Under the pieces are notes generated by a model. That model did not search any database. It was not told the DNA's origin and worked only from the letters and a program-made list of their open reading frames with translations. A stretch of DNA of 64,000 nucleotides. Source: an uncultured virus (IMG/VR IMGVR_UViG_3300027973_000050). Taxonomy: Duplodnaviria; Heunggongvirae; Uroviricota; Caudoviricetes. Positions 26,801 to 32,937 of this stretch are shown piece by piece; the stretch's first letter is position 1; every line of letters starts with the position of its first letter. The translations under genes and the position numbers were made by a program. The stretch is taken from the IMG/VR virus record IMGVR_UViG_3300027973_000050. One strand, given 5' to 3'.

Positions 26801-29800
26801 AGCACCTGAACTTCCTGCTTGAGCATTAGTACCTGAACTAAAGACTTGAGCAACATTATTACCAGTTGTTGCTGTAACCTCATTATTTTGAGCAACATCA
26901 ACAATGGCTGCTTTTAGTCGAGTATAAGCAGCAATAGTTGCAGCAATTTCGTCATCTCTATTTCCAGTTGGATCATCACTAAACACAAGACCATCATAGT
27001 ATGCACGTCCAGCAACAATAGTTTCCATATTGCCACCGTAAGTCATGTCATAATATACAGCATCTAGGATATAATCAACATCACGTTTACATGTTTCCTG
27101 ATTGTAAACTGGCGGACTATTAGCTTCAATGTAAGCGATAACTTCAGCTTTTAAGAATTCTCTGTTAGCTGCAATTAAGTTTCTTGCATTTAGATATGCA
27201 TCAACACTGGCATTGCCAGCACCACTTGTTGGAAGTGGTAAAGCAAATGGACGCTTTGGAGCAACTGCTTCTCCATTATCTAAAATACTCTTAATTAAGT
27301 CCATGTTAGCAGTTGCTCTTTCTGTAGCTAAGAACTTCTTGCTACTTGGAGTAACTGCTTTTAATCGAACTACATCTTGTAGTACTTCGCTTAGTCTTTC
27401 ATAAGCAGCTACAGTTTGAATAACCTGCTTAGGAATAACTGACTTAGGAGTAATTGCACCATCAAAATAACTTTGTGCTGCTGATAATGTATCAAGGTTA
27501 CCGCCATATAATACGTCATAGCACATTGCGTCAATTAAGAAACCAACGTCACGAGCGCATTTGGCTCTGTTATAGGCATAACGACTGTCAACAAAATCAG
27601 TTATTGCATCACCAAGATCAGTTTTGTTATTAGTTAAACTTAGATTCAATGTAACTAATGCGTTAGCAACCCAATTTGTTGTAGGAAGAACTGTTGCGTC
27701 AGGTCCTGAATCAGGATTAATATCGCCTGCAATAATATCAGAAATACGATTAGCCAACAATGCTACTCTAGCGCTAACAGTAGCATCAGCAATTAAAGTA
27801 TCTAACTCTGTAGCCAATTGTCCATAAGCAGCAATAGTAATATCCAAGTCATTTGATACTAGTACTGAAGCCCCTGTAACACCACTCTTATAAGCCTTAG
27901 CAGCGATATCAACTTGAGTTGTTCCGCCGTATGTTAAATCATAACAAATTGCATCAATGATGAATCTTAAATCTCTTTGGCAATTAGCTCTTTGAGCAGG
28001 GCCATATGTGAAACCAGGATAGCCACTGCCCTGCTGTTGAATAACCCAAGAATTAATTGTTTTAACAAGAGTTTCTTTACTAGTTTGAATTGTGTCTCTT
28101 GCTGCTAAGAATGTAGAAATACCAGCTGTTCCAGTTGTACCAGTTGTTGGAGGAGTCCATTTAACTGTTGGAGCAGCAGTTAGGCCGTTTTCTAAAATAG
28201 CTAAAATAGCATCCATACTAGCAGTTACTCTAGTTGTGGCTGTTTCGTTGGTCTTGACTAAATCTAATAACTTGGTCTTTAAGAATTCAAATGAAGCCAT
28301 TGTGGCAACTTTCTGATCTTTTGTTACTACACTAGCTTGAGCACGATAATAACTACGACCTGCAACAATACTGTTGAAGTTAGTATCAAACATCATGTCA
28401 TAACGTACTGCGTCAACTACAAGACCTACGTCACGAGCACATACATCTCTGTCATATCCAAAAATTACATAGTTTGTATCAATGTAATCAGTGATTTCTT
28501 TCTTCAATGATACTGTGGCTGTTTGTAATTTCTTAAACTCAGCTACTAATTTTGCATCAACCCATGCTAGATCTGGAGTAGATGTTAAGTTTTCAATATC
28601 AAGTGCGCCGTTATCAGCACTAGAATTATCAATATAGCTAAGAATTAATTGGATTAAATCAGACATATCGCTGGATGCTGCGGCACTGCCGTCACTGCCA
28701 GTTGGACTTCTAAACTGAACTGTACTATTACCAGTTGTTCTAGTTACTGGTGTATCAACTGCCACATCCGAAATAACTGATTTCAAATGTGTATAAGCAG
28801 CAATAGTAGCAGCAACTTCATCATCATTTTGTCCAGTTGGATCTAGCTGTTTAATTGCACCAACAAAATAGCTGAATGCTGCTGTTTGAGTTTCCAATGT
28901 ACCACCATAAGTAGTATCATAATATACAGCATCTAAAATTAAGTTTAGATCACGTTCACACTTGGCTTGATCGTAACCAACTGGTACATCATTTTGATCA
29001 ATGTAAGCCAAGATTTCACTGATAATAAATCCTCTATTCTTTTCAACTAGATCTCTAGCTCTCTTATAGCCAACATCACGACCTGTTTCTGGGAAAGGAA
29101 TAATGAATTTTGGCACATTCATTCCATCGCTTTCTACGATGTCAATGATGATATCCATATTTCTATTTGTGCTGTTAACTGCTAAACTGTTTTGTTTTAG
29201 TAATTCAGCAACTAGTTTCTTAAGTTGTTTGAATCCACCAACAGTTGCTAATTTTTGACCACTTGCAACTTTAGCAGCATTGACTCTCATGTAACTACGA
29301 CCAGCAGTGATACTACGGAAGTTACTGCCAAACATTAAGTCATATCCTAATGCTTCAATAATAATACCAACGTCACGAGCACACTTTTCTCTATCATATG
29401 ACAATACAGTAAAGTTACTATCAATATAATCAACAACTTCTTCTTTGATAAAAGCAATATTATCTCTTAGAATTTTAACAGCAGTGTCTCTGTCAATATC
29501 ATCATCACTGTTTCTTTTTGGAATTGGATATTCCAATGAAGGAGCTGCAGGATTGTCAACGGTGCCATCTTTAAGAATATCAATTAAAATATCAAATCTT
29601 GTACTAATTGCTTTCTTAGCTGCTGGAGTAACAACACGCTCTAATGTTAATACTTTAGCAGCTTCTAATGCAGCAATAGTTTGAACCTTCTGTGGTCCAA
29701 TTACGTCACTAGCGTAAGCACGGAAATAACTGATAGCAGCATTAATTGTCTTATAGTTGCTATCAAAGATCATGTCACTTAGAATAGCATCTAAAATTAA

Positions 29801-32800
29801 GCCAACGTCTCTGTAGCACTTTGGCTTATTAAAGCTGAAGTTATCAAAGAAGTTATTAGCCATGAACTTGATAGTTTCTGTTGTAATATCTTCTTTAGCA
29901 GCTAGGATTGCATCTCTTACAGCCTTAACAGCAGTTGGCTGATAAGTTGTTATTGGATACCCAGTTGTTGTTGTTCCTAGTGATAATGGAGTAGCTGTAC
30001 TTACACGAGCAAATGTGTTATCACCATCACTGATTTCATACCAGTTGATGTTAATATAAGCTTGTAATTCAGCTTGAATAAATTGCTTGTTAGCAACTAG
30101 CAAGTCAAATGCCTTTTGTTTATTAGGATCTGTACTTGCTGTTAGTCCAATAGCTTGTTTAGTTCTTTGAATGGAATCCTCACTGTTGTTAGGACCTTCA
30201 CGTAGAATTTCAACAATCACATCAATTAAATTATTAATTGCATATGACTCGGCAATTGTAGCAGGTGGTAGACTGGTTCTCTGCTCAACATCACCTTGCC
30301 ATGGATTTGGTCTTGGTGTACAAGTAATAACATCAGCTAATAGCTCTTTTAAGTAGAGGTAAGCATTGATTGTTTGATTAATCTGTCTTGGACTTACTGT
30401 CTTTAGCACGTTGGATTCATCGTTAAATCCATAGTAGTAAATACCTGCTTGAACAGCTTGACGATTACCACCGTGTACTAAGTCAAAACATACACTATCA
30501 ACAATGTAACCAATGTCACGAGCACACTTTACTCTGTCATAGTTAAATGCAGGATATGATCTTGTTAGATAAGCAATGACTTCAGCTTTTAAGAAGTTCT
30601 TGTTAGCTTGTAATAGTTTGTAGCCATTATCTAAATCTGTGTCAGTTGATCTAGCACCATTTGACTGAATAAAATCACTAGTTCCAACGATTTCTGAATC
30701 AATCTGTTTTAGGAATATCTTGAATAAATTACCTAAGTTATTAACTTGAGTTTGAGTTGTTGCAGTACCGTTAAGATTTTGACTACCTGAATATCCTTCA
30801 ATAGGATCATTAATTACAACACGTTGACTGTACAACTGGGCAATACCATATGCATCTGTTGTAGCAACACGCTCATAATTAGCAATTTGTCTTGAACCAT
30901 TAGCATAGCTATAATATCTCTTAGCTGCATCTATTGTTTCACTATTACCGCCGTAGGTCAAGTCAAAGCACATTGCATCAAGAACATATCCTACATCTCT
31001 TTTACATATATTTTCATCATAATTTCCAATTAAATCTGGATAATTTTCATTAACTTTAGCAATAACAATTTGTTTAACAAGTGTCTTATTAGCTTGTAAG
31101 TTTATAACTAAATTCTTAACAGTTACATCTGTATCTTGATAATCAGGATATTGTGGGGCTGTTGTTACTGCGCCAGCGTCAATTGAGCTAGTAATTAACT
31201 CAAAATTTCCTGTGACACTGTCTACTGCATCAGTATTTTCAGTTATTAAAGCAATTACTTTATCACGAGCAAATTTAACAGCTTCAATTGTTTCTGTTTT
31301 TGTACCTGAAGGAATTACTAATCCACTGGCGCTTATATATGATCTAGCAGCCTTGATACTTAAATAATTACCGCCAAAAATCATATCGTTAATTACAGCA
31401 TCAATGATAATGCCAACATCTCTAAAACACTTGGATTCAGAATACTGAAGAGTTGGATAAGTTGATCTAATAAAAGCAATAGTTTGATCTTGAATTTCTT
31501 GCTTTTTGCTTAATACTTGTTCTCTTAAACGTTTAAGTTCTGGTTCAGCCAAGTCATAATCTGGAAGAATAATTGTTTTTGGACTTAATGGCCCGTTCTC
31601 TACGATTCCACTGACAATGGCAAACCCGTCACGTACTAATCTTTGTGCTGTTACAGAACCGCCATCAGTTGCACCAGCAGCAACTTTGCCTACTTGATTT
31701 TCAGTATTACCTGATGTTTTAGTAACTGCTACGTCACGAGTAATTAAACCAGCAACATATTTGGCATGATCTAATGCTGCGACTGTTTCTGGACCTTGAT
31801 CACCAATTGTGATTTCGCCTTTGGCCCAATAACGTAGGCCAGCAAATGTACTTTGTGTAGTACCTTCGTATAATAAATCTTGAGCTAAACTATCAACAAT
31901 TAGACCATTGTCTCTATTACATGTAACTTGATTATAGTTGGCAAATAATACGCCGTCACCAATGTTTGGACGCTTGGCTAAATTCTTAAATACAATTTGA
32001 CGTCCTGCTGACTTCTTAACAACACCACGATATAAAATTTCACTAGCACCACGACTTACTAGACCGTAGTTACCAAATGAGCTGTTACTTAGGTTGATCG
32101 AGCAAAATCCACCGTTTTCACATAAGAATGAAATATCGCAGCAAATTGTAAAGATGGAAACTAACTGTGTGTTTCCTCTGTTCAACATGTGAATACCAAT
32201 ACCACCTTGGTTGTACTGTGTAAACGCATCAGCAACCATTGAACGTAGGCCAGTAGTTACAGCACCGTCAACACGCATACCTGTACCAGTTGTTGTGATA
32301 CTGGTTACCGCTTGAGTATAAGGGGAAGTTACAATTTCACCAGCACTACCGTCTGGTGGGAAACAGACCGCAGCTGAAGGAGCAATGTGTCCTTTGAAAT
32401 TCATACAGAAAATATACGCACCGTTGTAAACCCAGAAAATATCTTGTGTTGGGTTTTTTGGACGAACTGTGGTGTTACGCAAGTTGTCGCCAACAACTGA
32501 TACACGAGCAGGAACTCTTAGTGGGTTATCTTCAATATACTCCCCACTCTTTAAAAATATGGTCGTGCCAGGTGTCGCAACACTCAGAGCCTTTTTTAGG
32601 CTTGCAAAACTCTCCCCCAATGTTTTACCGCTATTGCTGTCATCGCCGCTTTTACTAACATAAAGTACGTTAGGTACTGATGTTGCGCCGATTTCAACAA
32701 TCTTTTGTATAGCTGAAAACCCTGCAGGTTGTTTAATTTCTTGTTTAGTAAATAGTTTACCGTCAGCACTGTTAATTGCTAACTCACCTAATTCTAATGC

Positions 32801-32860
32801 CTCTAGTGATGGTACTTTTCCTGGTATATCACTGCGTTTAAATCTAATATTAGTGCTCAT
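14873..32860 (-). CDS. Giant virion protein (5995 aa): N-terminal fibre-attachment motif, pectin-lyase-like beta-helix, ~34 phycobiliprotein-like CxRD helical repeats
   Basis: Single uninterrupted ORF. Starts MSTNIRFKRS..GELAINSADGKLF, then VLYVSKSGDDSNSG..TIFLKSGEYIE (beta-helix start), then repeated Y(D/N)xxKCxRDxGxxxDAxxYDxx(YGGN/FxSNF). Confidence 0.9.
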   Translation of the reverse strand: MSTNIRFKRSDIPGKVPSLEALELGELAINSADGKLFTKQEIKQPAGFSAIQKIVEIGATSVPNVLYVSKSGDDSNSGKTLGESFASLKKALSVATPGTTIFLKSGEYIEDNPLRVPARVSVVGDNLRNTTVRPKNPTQDIFWVYNGAYIFCMNFKGHIAPSAAVCFPPDGSAGEIVTSPYTQAVTSITTTGTGMRVDGAVTTGLRSMVADAFTQYNQGGIGIHMLNRGNTQLVSIFTICCDISFLCENGGFCSINLSNSSFGNYGLVSRGASEILYRGVVKKSAGRQIVFKNLAKRPNIGDGVLFANYNQVTCNRDNGLIVDSLAQDLLYEGTTQSTFAGLRYWAKGEITIGDQGPETVAALDHAKYVAGLITRDVAVTKTSGNTENQVGKVAAGATDGGSVTAQRLVRDGFAIVSGIVENGPLSPKTIILPDYDLAEPELKRLREQVLSKKQEIQDQTIAFIRSTYPTLQYSESKCFRDVGIIIDAVINDMIFGGNYLSIKAARSYISASGLVIPSGTKTETIEAVKFARDKVIALITENTDAVDSVTGNFELITSSIDAGAVTTAPQYPDYQDTDVTVKNLVINLQANKTLVKQIVIAKVNENYPDLIGNYDENICKRDVGYVLDAMCFDLTYGGNSETIDAAKRYYSYANGSRQIANYERVATTDAYGIAQLYSQRVVINDPIEGYSGSQNLNGTATTQTQVNNLGNLFKIFLKQIDSEIVGTSDFIQSNGARSTDTDLDNGYKLLQANKNFLKAEVIAYLTRSYPAFNYDRVKCARDIGYIVDSVCFDLVHGGNRQAVQAGIYYYGFNDESNVLKTVSPRQINQTINAYLYLKELLADVITCTPRPNPWQGDVEQRTSLPPATIAESYAINNLIDVIVEILREGPNNSEDSIQRTKQAIGLTASTDPNKQKAFDLLVANKQFIQAELQAYININWYEISDGDNTFARVSTATPLSLGTTTTGYPITTYQPTAVKAVRDAILAAKEDITTETIKFMANNFFDNFSFNKPKCYRDVGLILDAILSDMIFDSNYKTINAAISYFRAYASDVIGPQKVQTIAALEAAKVLTLERVVTPAAKKAISTRFDILIDILKDGTVDNPAAPSLEYPIPKRNSDDDIDRDTAVKILRDNIAFIKEEVVDYIDSNFTVLSYDREKCARDVGIIIEALGYDLMFGSNFRSITAGRSYMRVNAAKVASGQKLATVGGFKQLKKLVAELLKQNSLAVNSTNRNMDIIIDIVESDGMNVPKFIIPFPETGRDVGYKRARDLVEKNRGFIISEILAYIDQNDVPVGYDQAKCERDLNLILDAVYYDTTYGGTLETQTAAFSYFVGAIKQLDPTGQNDDEVAATIAAYTHLKSVISDVAVDTPVTRTTGNSTVQFRSPTGSDGSAAASSDMSDLIQLILSYIDNSSADNGALDIENLTSTPDLAWVDAKLVAEFKKLQTATVSLKKEITDYIDTNYVIFGYDRDVCARDVGLVVDAVRYDMMFDTNFNSIVAGRSYYRAQASVVTKDQKVATMASFEFLKTKLLDLVKTNETATTRVTASMDAILAILENGLTAAPTVKWTPPTTGTTGTAGISTFLAARDTIQTSKETLVKTINSWVIQQQGSGYPGFTYGPAQRANCQRDLRFIIDAICYDLTYGGTTQVDIAAKAYKSGVTGASVLVSNDLDITIAAYGQLATELDTLIADATVSARVALLANRISDIIAGDINPDSGPDATVLPTTNWVANALVTLNLSLTNNKTDLGDAITDFVDSRYAYNRAKCARDVGFLIDAMCYDVLYGGNLDTLSAAQSYFDGAITPKSVIPKQVIQTVAAYERLSEVLQDVVRLKAVTPSSKKFLATERATANMDLIKSILDNGEAVAPKRPFALPLPTSGAGNASVDAYLNARNLIAANREFLKAEVIAYIEANSPPVYNQETCKRDVDYILDAVYYDMTYGGNMETIVAGRAYYDGLVFSDDPTGNRDDEIAATIAAYTRLKAAIVDVAQNNEVTATTGNNVAQVFSSGTNAQAGSSGAANAAGDLIDTIITFVNLDDGDNDDTEVPAGTAWVDSGLVEISDILDAVNNANSSNTLNGVSLGVGIQKQVTDFINANYPDLVGNYVVNTCRRDIGLIIDAVRYDLMFGTNFRSTVAGRSYARTQVTEGGFTTNNQKEATLAAIDFTKAKILEIIANNTVKQSTTSSSKGSSAAGTKANDLIGVILTALGGTNPTPVAASTDWVNVLDSELVTISDAIEAEKTDIKTAVTDYIAANYSAQTQVTATNTTNDIITANRHGLVEDQIIVLKGTTTGTGLTADTVYYVLGGTYLTTNGFQVSTEKGGSAVNLTTNASVSGLTIFDYNVISCERDIGLVVDAVRYDMMFGSNFRTIVAARSYYRAQAALVVGLQKDATIGSFELLRTTLLTYTTTSETARSRVAECMDIVLAVLKGGLDQLPEVKLPSPTGYNTDYLPSYGYARNLIDANRAFIKAELTKKITVESPSLDYNNAVCLRDVDYIIDALRYDMTYGGTMETSVAALAYYAGAGLDNDSLPSGQLAITVTAYTYLQSLVAKIAKNEDVSKLQVKVPQVFGPQAGVSAAQASRNLAWTVRDYISTIAANPSTVYPDTAWAGTNLSDFAELLGKYKTPNLVASVVDTVRRPKSFPQIVTEYAITNNGNTVTGIAVGGGGVATITVTNDHTFTVGQAIQFTAGADVGSIKFGTTYYVKTIPTSNTFTVSERSDRTTNAELTAATITPGAGTLRVSYFDTDKCARDTALLLDALRFDIAFDTNFKTIIAAQAYSRNVTNAVTGVQRQATIAAFKQLKAELITLNNRAKSTSKTAINTNGTAGSGNGGDTTTLARINTLMDLFITNVGVPLRTVAITGTGGQFSCASEAYVEVGAKVVITGTYGGGGSITGYATGNTYYVISTSGPTNFTLSATKGGSAITTTAGTPTGLTYILVKDVPAKPYSIPTPTGANSLNTPLNAYDRNTLAARTAIENNREFIKAEVIAWIDEQNRRDTSGFTVFAYNRTQCLEDLDSILDAIYYDLTYGGNTETVNAGTAYYEGAVLGADEVTATERAYNYLGTVLFEVSRNTPVESFQLAVPQVRGIGASEQVAAKLAGLTDIVINVVKGGVKQLPEPIEPEFLAGDETLAYVRLSLQEQKKSLQARIADYLDSYILQYNTEKCARDVGLIIDCVMYDLVLNSNFQTITAGSVYLQKAAGVVTSYQLGPQLEAINFIKEKCVAVSQTPPLVTNPYIISEIENRFDILYDIVDKGVEVAPAVVNVPPLGAALNPNSINAAKSLIANKEFLKEEVTAYITANYKTYDQSRCARDVGLIIDAALNDLLLGTNYNSIKAGTAYRRATSSLVISDQLRETLGGIDYALSRVLELTTDATAIASITDSFELIKSIIAESTVPTFVTALAGGSVYALPRATGRDFRTIGYFDAVDYLKNSTNVTAIKNAVSAFIVAELAGRKNPAFDGFDYGTWDSSNNTNTTPTTAGTNRKASCEKDIGYILEAMCYDLTYGGNMETMVAGRAYYAGAANESLLIGNEIKSTLEAYTFMARKVLDLLVAASIPADIAREAEALVLGVRNLVDAAYNSSPVTTTPYIDWVDSDYLTLDGEFLTDKDTIITDIVDAVSVGDPSLVFDSAKCARDIGLVIDAVRYDMLFNTNFRSVVAGRSYTRLVASEVYDGGDQNTAELVALNTLKTKLFDIIDVRAAGTIEVAAKARLTSLMDTIIDIVSGDDPPAISALPTPTGGTDNSHVAAIANAKARIVANRTFLINEVIAYIIQEKTANRGNFNTNAYPEFTFTTGVGATDETKCREDLGFILDAIVYDLTYGGNMETSVAGRAYYNGTVLEGKNEKLATLDAYRHLRDVIKLVVQNIDVTRSSGNSTTQDKTAPASTEPVSTNFVAPLVTLVMNYIDTAPQDPVEIPADIKWVPSKLYVFSDALNAAKATVAKTTTDYISANYPALDYDVATCQRDIGLVIDAVRWDMMFNSNFRSNVAGRSYLRRQVTEGDFTSLGQKDASVAGFRIVKIALEDIVKSDATALARVGASMDVVIDILDNGAGRVRTFAGSGALALSIPYGGTVNSFDIGRLAARDRIEANRDYIKGQVAEYIDDEGINPTGFSLATCLRDVDYFLDAVRYDLTYGGNLATVEAGRAYYNGLVLAEADSTHITNTIDTFNFVGSIIEDIAQNLAAGPYTGGSIPAQSTTGLAGSAAGAAAAKVLFDELVTYINTSTGDNAAARLPNTSWVNSNFVSFATTMGDTVASLQQQVTDYVTATFPALDYNVDTCARDVGYVVDAVRYDMMFDNEFRSYVAGRSYSRSQVTSGNFTTKEQKAATMAAFEFLRGKLLAIVTGNKEAGRRVTSAMRTLLDTLELGEVTRNSYDAVVASGISLLDANRDILLSQMGTYLDGISHSFSGYNKDTCLRDIGYVLDAIKYDLTYGGNMETVVAGRAYYEGAVLGSSPHTDHVNATKAAFTELGDKIADISDFPASVADTIAALIANVNSLIDDDASVTEVYADASWADVNLKEVSATFRDQIAVIKTAVTSYVTTNFPALTYDAVKCARDVGYVTDAISWDMLFDSNFRTTIAGRSYARLIASNGVFGTTQKLATTAAFNLLKNELLALTTNKIAQERIAAGMNVILQILDKGPDGSIPAITWGGTPVSDNADEVKKTLLANKDFIVDQVLAKINTEYNPFKEQDDTVGYNEEKCARDVGYIVTAVAYDMVTGSNYQSTIAGLRYLGNTAENVLDGSKEQHMTIQSLKYVKQLLASIVANNIDAVDSVKASMDLIIGIINGDIAASVAIDEMDFTPSNVTAYNAQGQLTRLVRGTIQSDITDWFANPTGGYDSNVFWNALSAPKKALCTRDVGYIVDAITYDLTYGGNWATTIAARAYYVGNSNELTLGVVTAEKTATLAAYEYLKTLIRDEVSGNTIEQELTNVTNDTKVGTLIDIIKNVISNGLSALPTVQYPQLLGADNDLEIARNNIVNAVSTISKKTTKYINERAYFLYDVVKCERDLGYILDAVIYDTFTDSNAQSVTAGLAYTRVDAQGAVAAPQKFAILAALTHAKSVLANLVSTSSTVVSRIRSKLGIIIDIINDGGNAPTLSFPSTGLTGAVTSNTLQTNKETIKTAIGTYLSTYTANGFSWATLAGRQATCLRDVGYIVDALTHDLTYGGNRATVIAARSYFAGTQAQLGNGTGEKGATLAAYAQLKTTIASYVTGQTTAANALIDIIINYVGGDGTTPALTTIIEPTVTSTNPTITSAKATLLAAKEASVNKVLDYINSREFVRGVYDTTKCARDVGIILDAIEYDLLLGSNFQSVKAGQAYLRSYSKTVTGEQKAATIGALYFLKKALTDLSLTGATTVRSLMDTIIDIIDRGVIAVPALTFDTNGTAAYDNAVETIANANNTAFIKAEVRAWIAINYPELDYDKIACERDVAYILEALRYDLIYGGNSQTVEAGLAYWEGTTLTLGLGEPGQSEATATLGAYAYLRDMIRALILSETTFNAFTPKQISVTKGTFGGASSSTVQDGVTDLIDGITNIIDSANLGAANTTANSLRVLPTINTGDADYTAIEAVRATLVANNTTSGSVNKAVKDAFDGQWFVYNPEKCGRDIGYIVEALAYDMYYGGNTQTRDAGIQYTYKGGLVIPFGTKGPTILSMQYLESIIDDIVKNTTVAPLSGNSQTQDKTHTAATNDNATRTATLVHGIVTTLQKGLAGAPALVAPSLDNAEAKYVLLRDLIQDNLEAIQADTITYVNEEYSGFGYLQDTCKRDIGLTLDAVAYDLIYGGNSRTKYAAEQYFSGGRLQIPADSKDATAAGFNYLDTLARKIVKNDYVTPLQIYVDQNTDNVAATDSEVTTVGSLFDAFTDIVSNGYVSVVTLDATFKSSVDDNTYATFHQVSQITTTGHTLEWVGTGIDVDSALPYNGGVPIEANEIVSERGGFINFTSTDQKGDFKIGPELTIKRDSGSIVGRAFNKSLLGVITPYILALNE

Positions 32861-32937
32861 CTAATTTCCCTTTTGAATTTAATGAATAAGTTTCACGTAA
32901 CTTTTTTATTTACCAAAAAAGCTAAAATTACTGCTTA

